Assembly: GCA_964534375.1 (NCBI GenBank)
Contig: CAZHPN010000011.1
Coordinates: 1 to 56,327, forward strand
Length of the DNA: 56,327 nt
From: an uncultured bacterium
Lineage (GTDB): Bacteria > Lernaellota > Lernaellaia > Lernaellales > Lernaellaceae
Reading direction: 5' to 3'
Position numbers and translations under genes: made by a program
Shown here: positions 34,011-43,800 of the stretch, in pieces
How the letters are laid out: each line of letters opens with the position of its first letter
Numbering within the stretch: the first letter of the stretch is position 1
Notes under the pieces: generated by a model
Database searches by the model: none
What the model was told of the DNA's origin: nothing
The model's input: the letters and a program-made list of their open reading frames with translations, nothing else

Positions 34011-34241
34011 CGACAGGCCTTGGTTCTGCGGTCCAGCGGCAACCGAGCCAACGGCCGGATGTCTGCCGCCCGGGGCGATATGACTTCGAAAAACGAAACG
34101 AACTGCGACAGGGGCAACATTGCGTTCTCTCAACAGCGTAAAGCGGGTCGAGCGCGACGACGTCCAAATCTATGACGAAGCTCGTGTGCGAGATTACGCT
34201 CGCGCCGTCGCGCGTTCAACAAGGGGTTATGTCCGGCCGGC

Positions 34242-34660
34242 CTTGGCGGTCTTAGCGTCTTTGCGGTCAAAAAAATAGGGACCAAATCTCACACGGAAAC
34301 ACGGAGAACGCGCGGAGGATGGCGATAAACCGCCAATAAACACGAACAAGTGTTGCCCGGCCCGATTCGCGTGCCTTCGCGTGCCTTCGCGTGCCTTCGC
34401 GGTTATATCAATAAAAAGATGATGATAAACGGCGCATAAACGGCGTTAAGTATGTTTCACGTGAAACATTAAGCGGGGCGCCGCGGGCAGCCGGGCCGCG
34501 AATTGTAAAAATTACGAAACAAAGCCAATTTTGTTCGGCGAACGAGTGAGAGGTCGCGCGGAGTGAATTCTGGTCTCACGCGGAGGCGCGGAGATCGCGG
34601 AGTATTGTCAGCAGCGACGTCGTTCGGACTCTGCGCGGTCTCTGCGTCTCCGCGTGAGAT
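34242..34660. repeat. cluster of short 9-10-mer tandem and inverted repeats
   Basis: (ttcgcgtgcc)x3, cacggaaacacggag, tctcacgcggaggcgcggag ... ctctgcgtctccgcgtgaga. Confidence 0.75.
34453..34468. promoter_or_regulatory. parS: parS centromere site (ParB binding)
   Basis: Exact consensus palindrome TGTTTCACGTGAAACA, intergenic. Confidence 0.92.
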
Positions 34661-34680
34661 CCCTAAACTTCTGCGCTGCC

Positions 34681-35238
34681 CTAGCGCACGCACCGCACGC
34701 GGCCGTCGACATGAACATCGGCGTCGTTGATCGCGCCGTAGCAGAAGTAGACCGGCCAGGCGCTGTCGTCGGCGCCGGCGACCGCCGAGGACGACCAATA
34801 CCAACTCACGTCGCCCGCGATCTCGGGCGGCCAATACGCGCCGCCGGGACCGGGGCCGCCATCCGCCGCGCAACCGCCGCAGGCGTCGTTGCGGCAGCCG
34901 TCATATTTCAGGCACGCGTCCGTCACCCCGCAGGCGCCGCCTTTCTGCGTGCCCGGGCAGCCGCGGATCAGGCTCCGCAGTTCCGCGATCGTCGGCAGGC
35001 GCCAATCGTGGCGGCCGGCCAATGAGAGGCTTTGGCAATGCGCCTTCGCCTTCGCCCAATTCATTGCCCCGCCGGTCGGCTGTGCCTGCCACATCAAGCC
35101 CGATTGCGGATCGCTCCAGGTGTCGGCGGACGCCGGGGGCGCCAGCTTCGGCGGCGGGTCTTCGCCTCCATAGGCAAGCGCGAGGCCGATGCCGAGGCAC
35201 AGCGCCGCCACGGACGCGATCGAGGAGAGCCGTGTCAT
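34681..35238 (-). CDS. secreted single-domain DUF1566 protein
   Basis: Signal peptide; SGLMWQ, MNWAKAKAHC, DWRLPTIAELRSL, YWSSS, VRCVR-stop. Confidence 0.9.
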   Translation of the reverse strand: MTRLSSIASVAALCLGIGLALAYGGEDPPPKLAPPASADTWSDPQSGLMWQAQPTGGAMNWAKAKAHCQSLSLAGRHDWRLPTIAELRSLIRGCPGTQKGGACGVTDACLKYDGCRNDACGGCAADGGPGPGGAYWPPEIAGDVSWYWSSSAVAGADDSAWPVYFCYGAINDADVHVDGRVRCVR

Positions 35239-35272
35239 GAGTTTCCCGTTTGTCTGCGCGGGGCTTGTCGGC

Positions 35273-35677
35273 CTATGGCTTCGGCTTGGTCGTCGAAACC
35301 AGGGCGCCGTCTTTCATCATCAGGTAAACAGATTTGGCGACAACGTGCGCCTGCGACACCTTCGCGGTCGTGCCTTTGAAATTCGGCCACATTTTGCCGA
35401 TTTCCGCCAATTGGCTCTTGGTCAGAGTGATCGTGGCGCCGCACGTGGAGCATTCCTTGCCGGCCGGGACGATCTTGATCGCCTTCACCTGATCTTTTTC
35501 CAACTTGATGGACAGGACTTTCTCGATTTCCGGCGGCGGCGGCGCCGGCGGCAGCGGCTGCGGGTTCAGCAGAAGGCGCGCCGGGGAGGTCGACGACGCC
35601 GGGTTCTCCGCATTGGCGATCGCGAACAGGCAGAGCGCCAGCGCAATCGCAGCGGCAATTACCAACAACTTTTTCAT
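35273..35677 (-). CDS. small secreted protein with LNPQPLPP motif and CxxC
   Basis: MKKLLVIAAAIALALCLFAIANA signal; GAAGGA RBS. Confidence 0.75.
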   Translation of the reverse strand: MKKLLVIAAAIALALCLFAIANAENPASSTSPARLLLNPQPLPPAPPPPEIEKVLSIKLEKDQVKAIKIVPAGKECSTCGATITLTKSQLAEIGKMWPNFKGTTAKVSQAHVVAKSVYLMMKDGALVSTTKPKP

Positions 35678-35843
35678 GACTCGGTTTCCTTCCGTTTGAT
35701 GTTTCGACGCAAATTGCGGCAAGCGCTCACACGGCTATACCGCAAATCCGTTCCGCTGTCCATGAATTGCAACCCGGTTGACGTCGCCGGCAGGAGCGAG
35801 ATGCGTACTCGTGGTCTCGCGAAAGCAGAGTGACTGGCGACCG

Positions 35844-36395
35844 CTATTGGATCGCCGCGTCCGCGCCCTCTTCTTCCGCGCCTTCGGCTTCCGGTTCGCC
35901 GGCTTGCGGCGGCGCCGCCGCCGGAGCCGCTGGGGAGCGAGCGCCAACGCCAGCCGCGCGGGGGGCGGGCGGAACGGCGCCGCTGGCCGGCGGAATGCTT
36001 GGCCCGATCCGCGTCAGCGGATTCACGGGCGCACCCGCGCCGGCTTCGCCGGGAGGGATGCCCGTGCCCTGGATGGTGCGGGAGTTCTGGCGTCGGGCCA
36101 TGAGTTCGGCGCGGCGTTGTTGGGCGGCCTGGCGTCGGCCTTCCGGGGTTGTCGGGGCTGCGACGCCGGCGGCGGGTCCGACGGCGCCGGCCGGCAATCC
36201 GGCGCGCGGCGCTGGCCGTTTGGCCGTGGCGGGGCTTTCGTCGGCGGCGAGCAGCGCCAGTTTCGGCCGGCTCAGGTTGGCCAATTTTGGCGCCGGCATC
36301 CGAAAGAAGCCGAGGCAGCCGATGAGCAGCACCGCCGCTCCGGCGATCATCGCGTATTTTTTGTTGATGCCGCCCAACTGCTTCAAGCCGATCAT
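35844..36395 (-). CDS. Pro/Ala-rich membrane-anchored hypothetical protein
   Basis: N-terminal TM then low-complexity sequence; GGAGG RBS before ATG 36395. Confidence 0.6.
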   Translation of the reverse strand: MIGLKQLGGINKKYAMIAGAAVLLIGCLGFFRMPAPKLANLSRPKLALLAADESPATAKRPAPRAGLPAGAVGPAAGVAAPTTPEGRRQAAQQRRAELMARRQNSRTIQGTGIPPGEAGAGAPVNPLTRIGPSIPPASGAVPPAPRAAGVGARSPAAPAAAPPQAGEPEAEGAEEEGADAAIQ

Positions 36396-36478
36396 GCTTG
36401 CCTCCGCTTCGCATATCCGCACCGGTCGATAACGTACCGCACGCTACGTTAGACAACAAGACCCGCGGTTTGGTTGCG

Positions 36479-38218
36479 TCAGCGCCGCAAAACCTGGCCG
36501 GCGAGCGTGGCCGGGTCGCAATGGCCGTCCTCGACTGCAATCTTCCCGTTGATCGCGACCACCTTGATGCCGTCCGGAAATTGACGCGGCTCGCGGGTCG
36601 TGGAGTTGCTCTTGATGGTTTGCGGATCGAACAATACGAGGTCGGCGAAGTAGTCGCGGCGCAGGAAGCCGCGGCGGCGGACGCCGAGCGATTCGGCCGG
36701 CAACCCGGTGCATTTGCGCACGCCGTCTTCCAACGTAACCGCTTTCATTTCGCGGACGTAGCGTTGGAAGAACTTGGGGTAGCAGTCGTACGTCAGATGG
36801 CTCGGGCGGCCGAACCCCATGGGGATCGTATCCGTGACGATCGAGACGTTCGGATCGCGGATCGTCGCCAGGACGCTGGTTTCGACGAAATCGTCGCCGG
36901 GATACGTCAGCGTCTCGAAAACCAGAACCCGGCCGTCTTCCTGGATGAGCAGTTCGCACGCCGCCTCGAACGGGTGCATTTTCCATAGTTTGCCGAGTTC
37001 GGGCAGCGTCAGGCCTTCGAGATGCCGATTTTTTTCGCTCGGCACGCTCATGATCGACACGCCGCCCCAACCCATGATTTTCATGAAATTCATCGACCAG
37101 GTGTTCTCGCCGTCGTGCGGCCAGGCGAACGTGTCGCCCTGTTCGATGTCCCGCCGGATTCGCCGCCGCGTCGCTTTGTCGCGCAGCATGTCGACGATCT
37201 TCGCGCGGCTGCCGGCGGAAAACACATAAGGCGGGAAGAACGCCAACAGGTGCGTGAACCCCGCGGCGGTCGGCATGCCGTCTACGCTGATCCGGTCGCC
37301 GTTGCGCCGCAAGCCGTCGATCTTGGCGAGCACGTGGCCCGCGGCCGTGTCGAACGGCAGGTGGAACTTCACGCGTTTGTAGACCGCGCTGCCGACGTTC
37401 ACGACGCCGCGGAACATTTTGTTGATCGTCGGGCCGTAATCGGGGCACCAGAACAGGTGGCTGATCTGCACCGGCGCGCCCGTCTCGTGCAGGATCGTCA
37501 CGACCTCGTCCACCGCTTTGTCGAGGGTCGCCGTGTACGACCGCAGGTGGCTCGTGAAGACGCCGCCGCGCCGCGCGACGACGCGCGCCAGGTCGATCAA
37601 TTCGCCGATGTCCGAGCGCGCGCCGGGCACGTATTGCAGGCCCGTCGACAGGCCGAATGCGCCTTCGTCGAGCGCCTCCTCGAGCCAGCGGGCCATCTGC
37701 GCCACCTCGTCGCGCTTCGCGTGCCGGCCCGCGCCGCCCATCGCGGCGATGCGCAAAATGCCGTGCGGCGCCAGCAGGCCGACGTTCATCGGCACGCCCT
37801 GGCCGTCGAGCCCCGCCATGAATTCGCCCAGCGACGTCCAGTGGATCAGCGGCCGCAAATTGCTGGCGGTGAAGGCTTCCTGGTAATCGTCGATCAACTC
37901 GCGATACGGCGTCGCCGGCATCGGCGCCACGCCCATGCCGCAGTTGCCTCCGATGAAAGTCGTGATGCCTTGTTGCATCAGCGGCTCGACCAACGCCGCG
38001 GCGTTGTCGCGAAAGATCGCCACGTCCGCGTGCGAATGGATGTCGATGAAGCCGGGGGTGAGCGCCAGCCCGCGGGCGTCGATCACCCGTTTGGCCGTGG
38101 CGCCGGTCAGATCGCCCAGGGCGACGATCTTGTCGCCTTGGACCGCCAGGTCGCCGACGAACGGCAGTTTGCCGCTGCCATCGACGATGTCGGCGCGTTG
38201 GAAGAGCAAGTCGTACAT
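36479..38218 (-). CDS. N-acyl-D-amino-acid deacylase (amidohydrolase)
   Basis: PGFIDIHSH, GITTFIGGNCG, GLSTGLQYVPG, SHLR, QISH, ADLVLFDP. Confidence 0.9.
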   Translation of the reverse strand: MYDLLFQRADIVDGSGKLPFVGDLAVQGDKIVALGDLTGATAKRVIDARGLALTPGFIDIHSHADVAIFRDNAAALVEPLMQQGITTFIGGNCGMGVAPMPATPYRELIDDYQEAFTASNLRPLIHWTSLGEFMAGLDGQGVPMNVGLLAPHGILRIAAMGGAGRHAKRDEVAQMARWLEEALDEGAFGLSTGLQYVPGARSDIGELIDLARVVARRGGVFTSHLRSYTATLDKAVDEVVTILHETGAPVQISHLFWCPDYGPTINKMFRGVVNVGSAVYKRVKFHLPFDTAAGHVLAKIDGLRRNGDRISVDGMPTAAGFTHLLAFFPPYVFSAGSRAKIVDMLRDKATRRRIRRDIEQGDTFAWPHDGENTWSMNFMKIMGWGGVSIMSVPSEKNRHLEGLTLPELGKLWKMHPFEAACELLIQEDGRVLVFETLTYPGDDFVETSVLATIRDPNVSIVTDTIPMGFGRPSHLTYDCYPKFFQRYVREMKAVTLEDGVRKCTGLPAESLGVRRRGFLRRDYFADLVLFDPQTIKSNSTTREPRQFPDGIKVVAINGKIAVEDGHCDPATLAGQVLRR

Positions 38219-38231
38219 TTCGGGATTCCTT

Positions 38232-38654
38232 TCAAGAAAGCTGATCGGCGACTTTCCGGACCGCGCGGACCACGCTCGCGCCCTCGTCGGGCGCCAGGGT
38301 GTCGAGCGCGGTGCGCGCAATCAGATCGAAAACGGCGTAATGAGCTTTGACGGCGGCCCGGCCGGTGCGGGTCAGCGCCAGCCGAATCGCGCGGCGGTCG
38401 TCGGCGTCGGGCCGGCGGGCGAGCAATTTGCGGCCGACCATCTTGTCGGCCGTCCAACTGACTGTCGACAGCGGCAGCTTGGCCTTCTGCGCCAGATCCT
38501 TCACCCGGGTCGGGCCGTGCTCGTCGAGGGTCAGCAGCAGGCCCAGTTCCTTCGGCGTCACCTGCAGCATTTCGTCGTGAAACACGTCGACGTGCCGGTA
38601 GATCGTGCGCAATGCCTGCGCCAGGGTTTCCGCCGCCGAGACATCCCCGTTCAT
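38232..38654 (-). CDS. MarR family transcriptional regulator
   Basis: wHTH VKDLAQKAKLPLSTVS, DRRAIRLALTRTG. Confidence 0.9.
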   Translation of the reverse strand: MNGDVSAAETLAQALRTIYRHVDVFHDEMLQVTPKELGLLLTLDEHGPTRVKDLAQKAKLPLSTVSWTADKMVGRKLLARRPDADDRRAIRLALTRTGRAAVKAHYAVFDLIARTALDTLAPDEGASVVRAVRKVADQLS

Positions 38655-38658
38655 CGGG

Positions 38659-40017
38659 CTACCTCCTCGCTTTTTTGCGGGGCGCCGCCGGCTTCGCCGC
38701 TTTGCGCGCCGCCGCCGACTTTGCCGCTTTGCGCGCCGCGGCTTTCGGCGTCGCGGCTTTCGGCGCCGCAGCTTGGGGCGCCGCGGCTTGGGGCGCCGCC
38801 GGCCCCCAGGCGCGTTCGAGTGCGCGGGCGCTGTTGCCGAAGAAGATCGCGTCGATTTCGGCGTCGGAAAAATGTTGCGACATGGCCTCGGCGAGGCGCG
38901 GAATGTGCGAGGGGTTGTACAGGTCCTTCATCGGGTGGATGAAACCGTCGAAGTCGCTGCCGATGCCGATGACCGAAACGTCGCCGATCAGGTCGGCGAT
39001 GTAGCGCATCGTTTTCACCAGCGTCGGGATGCCCTTGCCCTTGGTCGCTTCGCGTTCGAGCGGATCGACCTGCAAGCGGTTCGAAAAGATCATCCCGACG
39101 ACCCCGCCGAGCTTGTGAACGCGGCGGATTTCGTCATCCGAAACGTTGTACTCGTGCTCGTAGAAATGCCGCACGCCGACGTGCGAAAGCATGACCGGCC
39201 GATTGTACTCGGCGCAGAGATCGTAAATCGCCCAGCGGGCGTGCTCCTGCACGTGCGACAGATCGCAGAGGATGCCGATTTCGAGCATCTCGCGCACCAA
39301 CTTCTCGCCGAGCCCGTCGTGGCCGCCCCAGCGCCACGCCGCGCGCTTCATGGCGAACAACGCGTCGTCGCGCCCGCGCACCAGGCGGCCGTTCTTTTTC
39401 TTGGCGACCAGCTCCACCGAGTCGATCTGCGGCACGAAGGCCTGATCCCAGAAATGGCCGAGCACCAGCGTCGAGAGGCCGCGGTCTTTCAGGTAATGCA
39501 GGCGTTTTTTCGTGCGGTCCCAGTACGCTTCGGGCGTCATCTTATCGAAATCGTCGCCGAAAATGTGCGGCCCTTCGATCGCGTGCGCGACGCCGATTTC
39601 GTCGTCGGCCAGCCGTGTCAACTCGGCGTACGATTTGACCAGCTTGAGCCGCGGGCCGCCGCCGAAAATGAAACGGTTGGTGTTGCGGATCGTTTTTTCC
39701 AGGCCGTCCATCGATTTCACGACCGCCTTCCACGGGTCGGCGGTGACGGTCCGGATGGCTAGGAACGGAAACGCGGCAAGCATGACCGCTTGCGCGATCG
39801 GCCGGAGGCCGTGCAGGGCGAAACCGCGCTCGACGATGTAGTGATTGTTCAAAATCAACTTCACCGGGCTGCGGCGCAGGTTGCGGTATTGGTAATCGAA
39901 CGACAACGGATTCCAGATGCCGCCGTTCACCGTGTACGCGTGAAAGGTGTTGGTCAGGTGCGGGAACAGGGCAATTTTCATGTACGGATGCGCGTGCAAG
40001 TCGATCAAACGGTTCAT
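38659..40017 (-). CDS. membrane dipeptidase (M19)-like amidohydrolase with Ala/Lys-rich C-terminal tail
   Basis: IDLHAH, AIEG, DLSH, LSH, NVSDDEIR..GGVVG, IGIGSDFDG, GNSAR. Confidence 0.85.
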   Translation of the reverse strand: MNRLIDLHAHPYMKIALFPHLTNTFHAYTVNGGIWNPLSFDYQYRNLRRSPVKLILNNHYIVERGFALHGLRPIAQAVMLAAFPFLAIRTVTADPWKAVVKSMDGLEKTIRNTNRFIFGGGPRLKLVKSYAELTRLADDEIGVAHAIEGPHIFGDDFDKMTPEAYWDRTKKRLHYLKDRGLSTLVLGHFWDQAFVPQIDSVELVAKKKNGRLVRGRDDALFAMKRAAWRWGGHDGLGEKLVREMLEIGILCDLSHVQEHARWAIYDLCAEYNRPVMLSHVGVRHFYEHEYNVSDDEIRRVHKLGGVVGMIFSNRLQVDPLEREATKGKGIPTLVKTMRYIADLIGDVSVIGIGSDFDGFIHPMKDLYNPSHIPRLAEAMSQHFSDAEIDAIFFGNSARALERAWGPAAPQAAAPQAAAPKAATPKAAARKAAKSAAARKAAKPAAPRKKARR

Positions 40018-40724
40018 GAACAGCGCCTTTCGTTTCCGAGGAATGGAAAGCAACATGCGGAAGCTTGCGGGCGAATGCGGCCGGCGAGAACTTCCAACTT
40101 TTGAACCTTCCAAAGGTTAGAACGTTTCTCGCTCGCTGTCAACCCACGGCCGGCCGTCCGTTCCGGGCGCGATCCCGCCGGCGTCGACGCCGCGCGCACG
40201 ATCGAGCGCGACGACCGGGCGCAACCGGGCCGGACGAAAACCTGTGGACTGTACTGCCAGTCGATCTACAAAGAGGAAGGAAAGACAGCCACCCGAAACC
40301 TGAGGCCGACGAAGCGACGGTCTATTAACGCGCGATCGACAACCACTGCAAGTTGATGCAGACGATCGCCGAACCGCGAACGTAATCGTGGGCCTCCTTG
40401 GAACACACCACCGCTGGCGTTGCCAAACGAAGTCGTTCATAGATCAGGTCTTTTTCCTTAACTTCGTGCCATTAGCTGATGTCCTCGGCGCCGTTTGACG
40501 CATTTGTCAAAATCATACTTCGGTACGAAATCCAGCAGTTGCGCAAAAATCGTGCGACCCGCGTTCACGTGCGGCCTCCGTGCTGTCGAGCCTGGAAAGT
40601 ACGCCAAAAACGCCGACCGACGTTGAAATTGAAAACGGCGGGAGTTGGCGTTCTTCCTTGTGTTCACAGCGACTTCCGCCGCTTTACGAAAACTCGGCCG
40701 GACACCGGTGAGGTTAGAAATCTA

Positions 40725-40752
40725 TTGACGCCCGCGAACATTTCGATATAAT
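40725..40752 (+). promoter_or_regulatory. sigma-70-type promoter
   Basis: TTGACG-N16-TATAAT about 65 nt upstream of the ATG at 40817. Confidence 0.7.
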
Positions 40753-40816
40753 AGCAGTCACATTAACACATTTCATTCAGCCGGAGAACCGATTCTCCCT
40801 CGCGGCGGAGCAACGA

Positions 40817-43800
40817 ATGAAGCATTTGCATCCACGGCACGACGACTTTACGAGGAAACTCCTGGAACACGAAGCGAAGCTTTCCTCCGCCTTGCGTCAG
40901 GAAGAACTCGAAGGCGTGCTGGAAAGAATCAGGGACATCACATTCGTCGGCACCAGCAAGGATCTCGACAATTTTCTGCAGTTATGCATGCTGTTCGTCA
41001 CATCCCAGTTCTACCTGAAATACGGCAAAGAGGTTTACGCCACCGTAACGGTCTTCAATCGCCATCGCCAGGATCCGCTGCTCCACATTAAGCCCTGTTT
41101 CTATGGCGTCGGCCAATGCCAGGTGCAAGATCCGACAATCCCGCTAATCGACACCGCAGGTCCAATTGGCATTTCCGGCTTGTCGTTTCTTTCCGGCGCG
41201 CCACTTGTATGCGGCGACCTCCCAAATTGCAAGCACTACATCAAATTGAGCGGCACGTCGCCGCAAAGCGCCCTCTGCGTCCCGTTGATGACCAATCTGC
41301 CCGCGGCCATAGAGAAGTTTATCCCGCAATTCAACGAACCAAGGACAAAACACCCCGCTTGCGTGTGCGGCAGATCGGCTGAAGCTGATTGCGCCGTCGC
41401 CCCCGACGCGCTGACAGATCGAGTTCGCGGCGTCATCGACCGCGGAACGTATGGTTTGATCAACCTGGAAAGCGGCTCCGACATATTTTGGCCGGCGAAA
41501 TGCGCGGATTTCTTCAGCAAAACGAAGGAGCCGGAATTTTGGGAAGTCGTCGACAAAATGGTCGCGGTCCTGGCCCAACTCGACAACGCGCGCAGACCGT
41601 ATCTGGTCGCGAACATGATTTCTTCCGTCAACCTACTCTCGCAGCACAACCTGGACCCGCGCGGCGCCTACAAAGCGCTGCTCAACGAAGTCTCGAAAAT
41701 GTGCAACGGCGCCGATGCGACCCTCCACCTGCGCGACTTGTTCCTAGACGATGTCAAGGACAAAGCCCGCTGCCTTCGCCTCGTCGTCGGCGTCGGCCGG
41801 AATTTCCGCGGTTTTCTGATCAACGAACGATACGGCCTGGGCGAGGGACTGGTTGGGCAGTGCGTCGCCGAAAAAACGCCATTAACCGCCAACGAGAAAC
41901 AAATCCGCGAGGCGATGGCACACGGCGGCGAGGGCCCGGACGGCGTCAAGTTCAAACGCTTGATGCCGGCGACGATCTTCAACGCCGCCATGCCGATCTT
42001 CTTTGAAAGGATGTGCATTGGCGCCCTCAACATCGAATGGGACGCCGCGAGCCTCGTCTCTGTGGCCGACCATAACGATTATTTCCGGACTCTGGAACCC
42101 TTCCTTATTCGGGTGTGCGCGTATTTGTCGCAGGTCATCGACTATTTTGACGATCTGATGCTTCCCCAACTGCGAACGCCTCCTCCCGACGAACCGTTAA
42201 CAGAATCCATCGACGGGCCACATGATTATTTCAAAAGTCATCGATTGTTGATGGGATATTATGTTCGCACGTTTCTCGACAACGCAATATTGAAGGGACC
42301 GACGATCCCCGCGGAGGCCGAGGTTCTGGCGCTGCAAGACATCGTCGACGCCGCGGGGTATCACTTAAGCGGGACAATGAACGAACGTATTCAGTTCTCA
42401 GTTCGGCGCTGGGTGAAAAACGACCCGCCCGACGACGACGGCGAATTGAAGATGCTGGTGCACCATGGCTACGAGTCGGAAGGCGAAAGCGTCGCGATCA
42501 AAATCGCCGAAGGCACGGTTCTCGGTCGTTGCGTAAAAGAAGGATGGCCGCTGTTCGGCGAGGTGGTCGGGACGGACGACGACCGGCTGCTCGAACTCGA
42601 GACGCTCCTAAAAAGGCCGGAAATGTTTCCGGATATCCCGGACGGCAGATATGGCGTACGGCCGGGCAACATTCGTTTTCGCGGCGCAAAAAAACGCGAC
42701 AAAACATCGCTTTACGAATGCGCGGCGCCGCTGATATTCGGCACGATGGTTTTCGGCGCGATCGATTACGAGATATTCATTCTGGGCGATATTCACAATA
42801 GAAGGAAAGACCCGCGCCGCAAGTATGAGGTCAATTACCTGGCAATTCTGGAATGGGCGCGAGCGATTGCTTTCTGCCTGGCCCATGTCCAGGACCGCCG
42901 GGCGGGCAATAACGAGTTGAATGAACGACAGATCGTGAATTATGAGAACTTCAAACGGCTTTGCAGCCAGGTGGTCGCCAATGTGCCGATGGACCTCAAC
43001 GACACGTTCGATCTGACATTCGACTACTACAAGGATTTTCTGCCGATCGCACAGGCCTATTTGCTGAAGCCGAACGCCGGCCCGGACAGCGGCGAGGATG
43101 CATTTTTTTATCCACCATCCGGATTTCGGAGCACCGAGCACCGCGAGCAGTTGCGGGAGCACTTGCGGTGGCAGTGGGCGCGCCCGACCGAGGCGGATGA
43201 AAAGGATCGCCAGGAGGAAGGCCGCAAACGGTCCGACTTTGTGCCCCTGTCCGACCGCTGCGAGCTGCTCGGCGGCCTGCTTGTCGTTCGGCCGACGGAG
43301 GTGGTCCGGATTGGGCAGCCGGCCTTCACGGAGACCGCGTCGAGGCACGCGGTGCGGCGACTGATGAAGCTGCTCGCCGGCCACTGCGCAAATATTATCA
43401 AAGGCGATAAGTGGCACAAGCAACGCGCGGAGAAGGAACAACGAAATGCCCTCGAAGATCTGGTCCAGTATGTTCTCAAGCGGACGGAACAATTCGTTGC
43501 CGCGCAAGAGGACGCGCCATCCAGCATTGTGAACAAATTCCTCGATAATCTGCGGGTCGCCTTGAGGCCCGGATCGGTCGCCGGCGAGTCGCCGCCGTTT
43601 CTCGATGATTACTGCTGGCTTCTTTATCGGGCGCGGCCGTGCGCGATCACGTTGGAAATCGCGCCCATCTTGGAGTGCGGCAGCGTGCCGACCGCCGACG
43701 ATCAGGACTCGCGATGGATATTTCTTCCCAAGTCGGTGGAAAATCATTTTGTCGAAAAGGTGTCCCAAGGCGACCGCGCCGAATTCATTGACAAGATCAT

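Noticed and set aside
25163..35238. Complete DGR cassette
   Set aside because: No reverse transcriptase, Avd or adenine-rich template repeat found in the window; only a possible target is reported
40018..40720. Short ORFs or ncRNA in the long intergenic region
   Set aside because: No motif, RBS support or recognisable RNA structure
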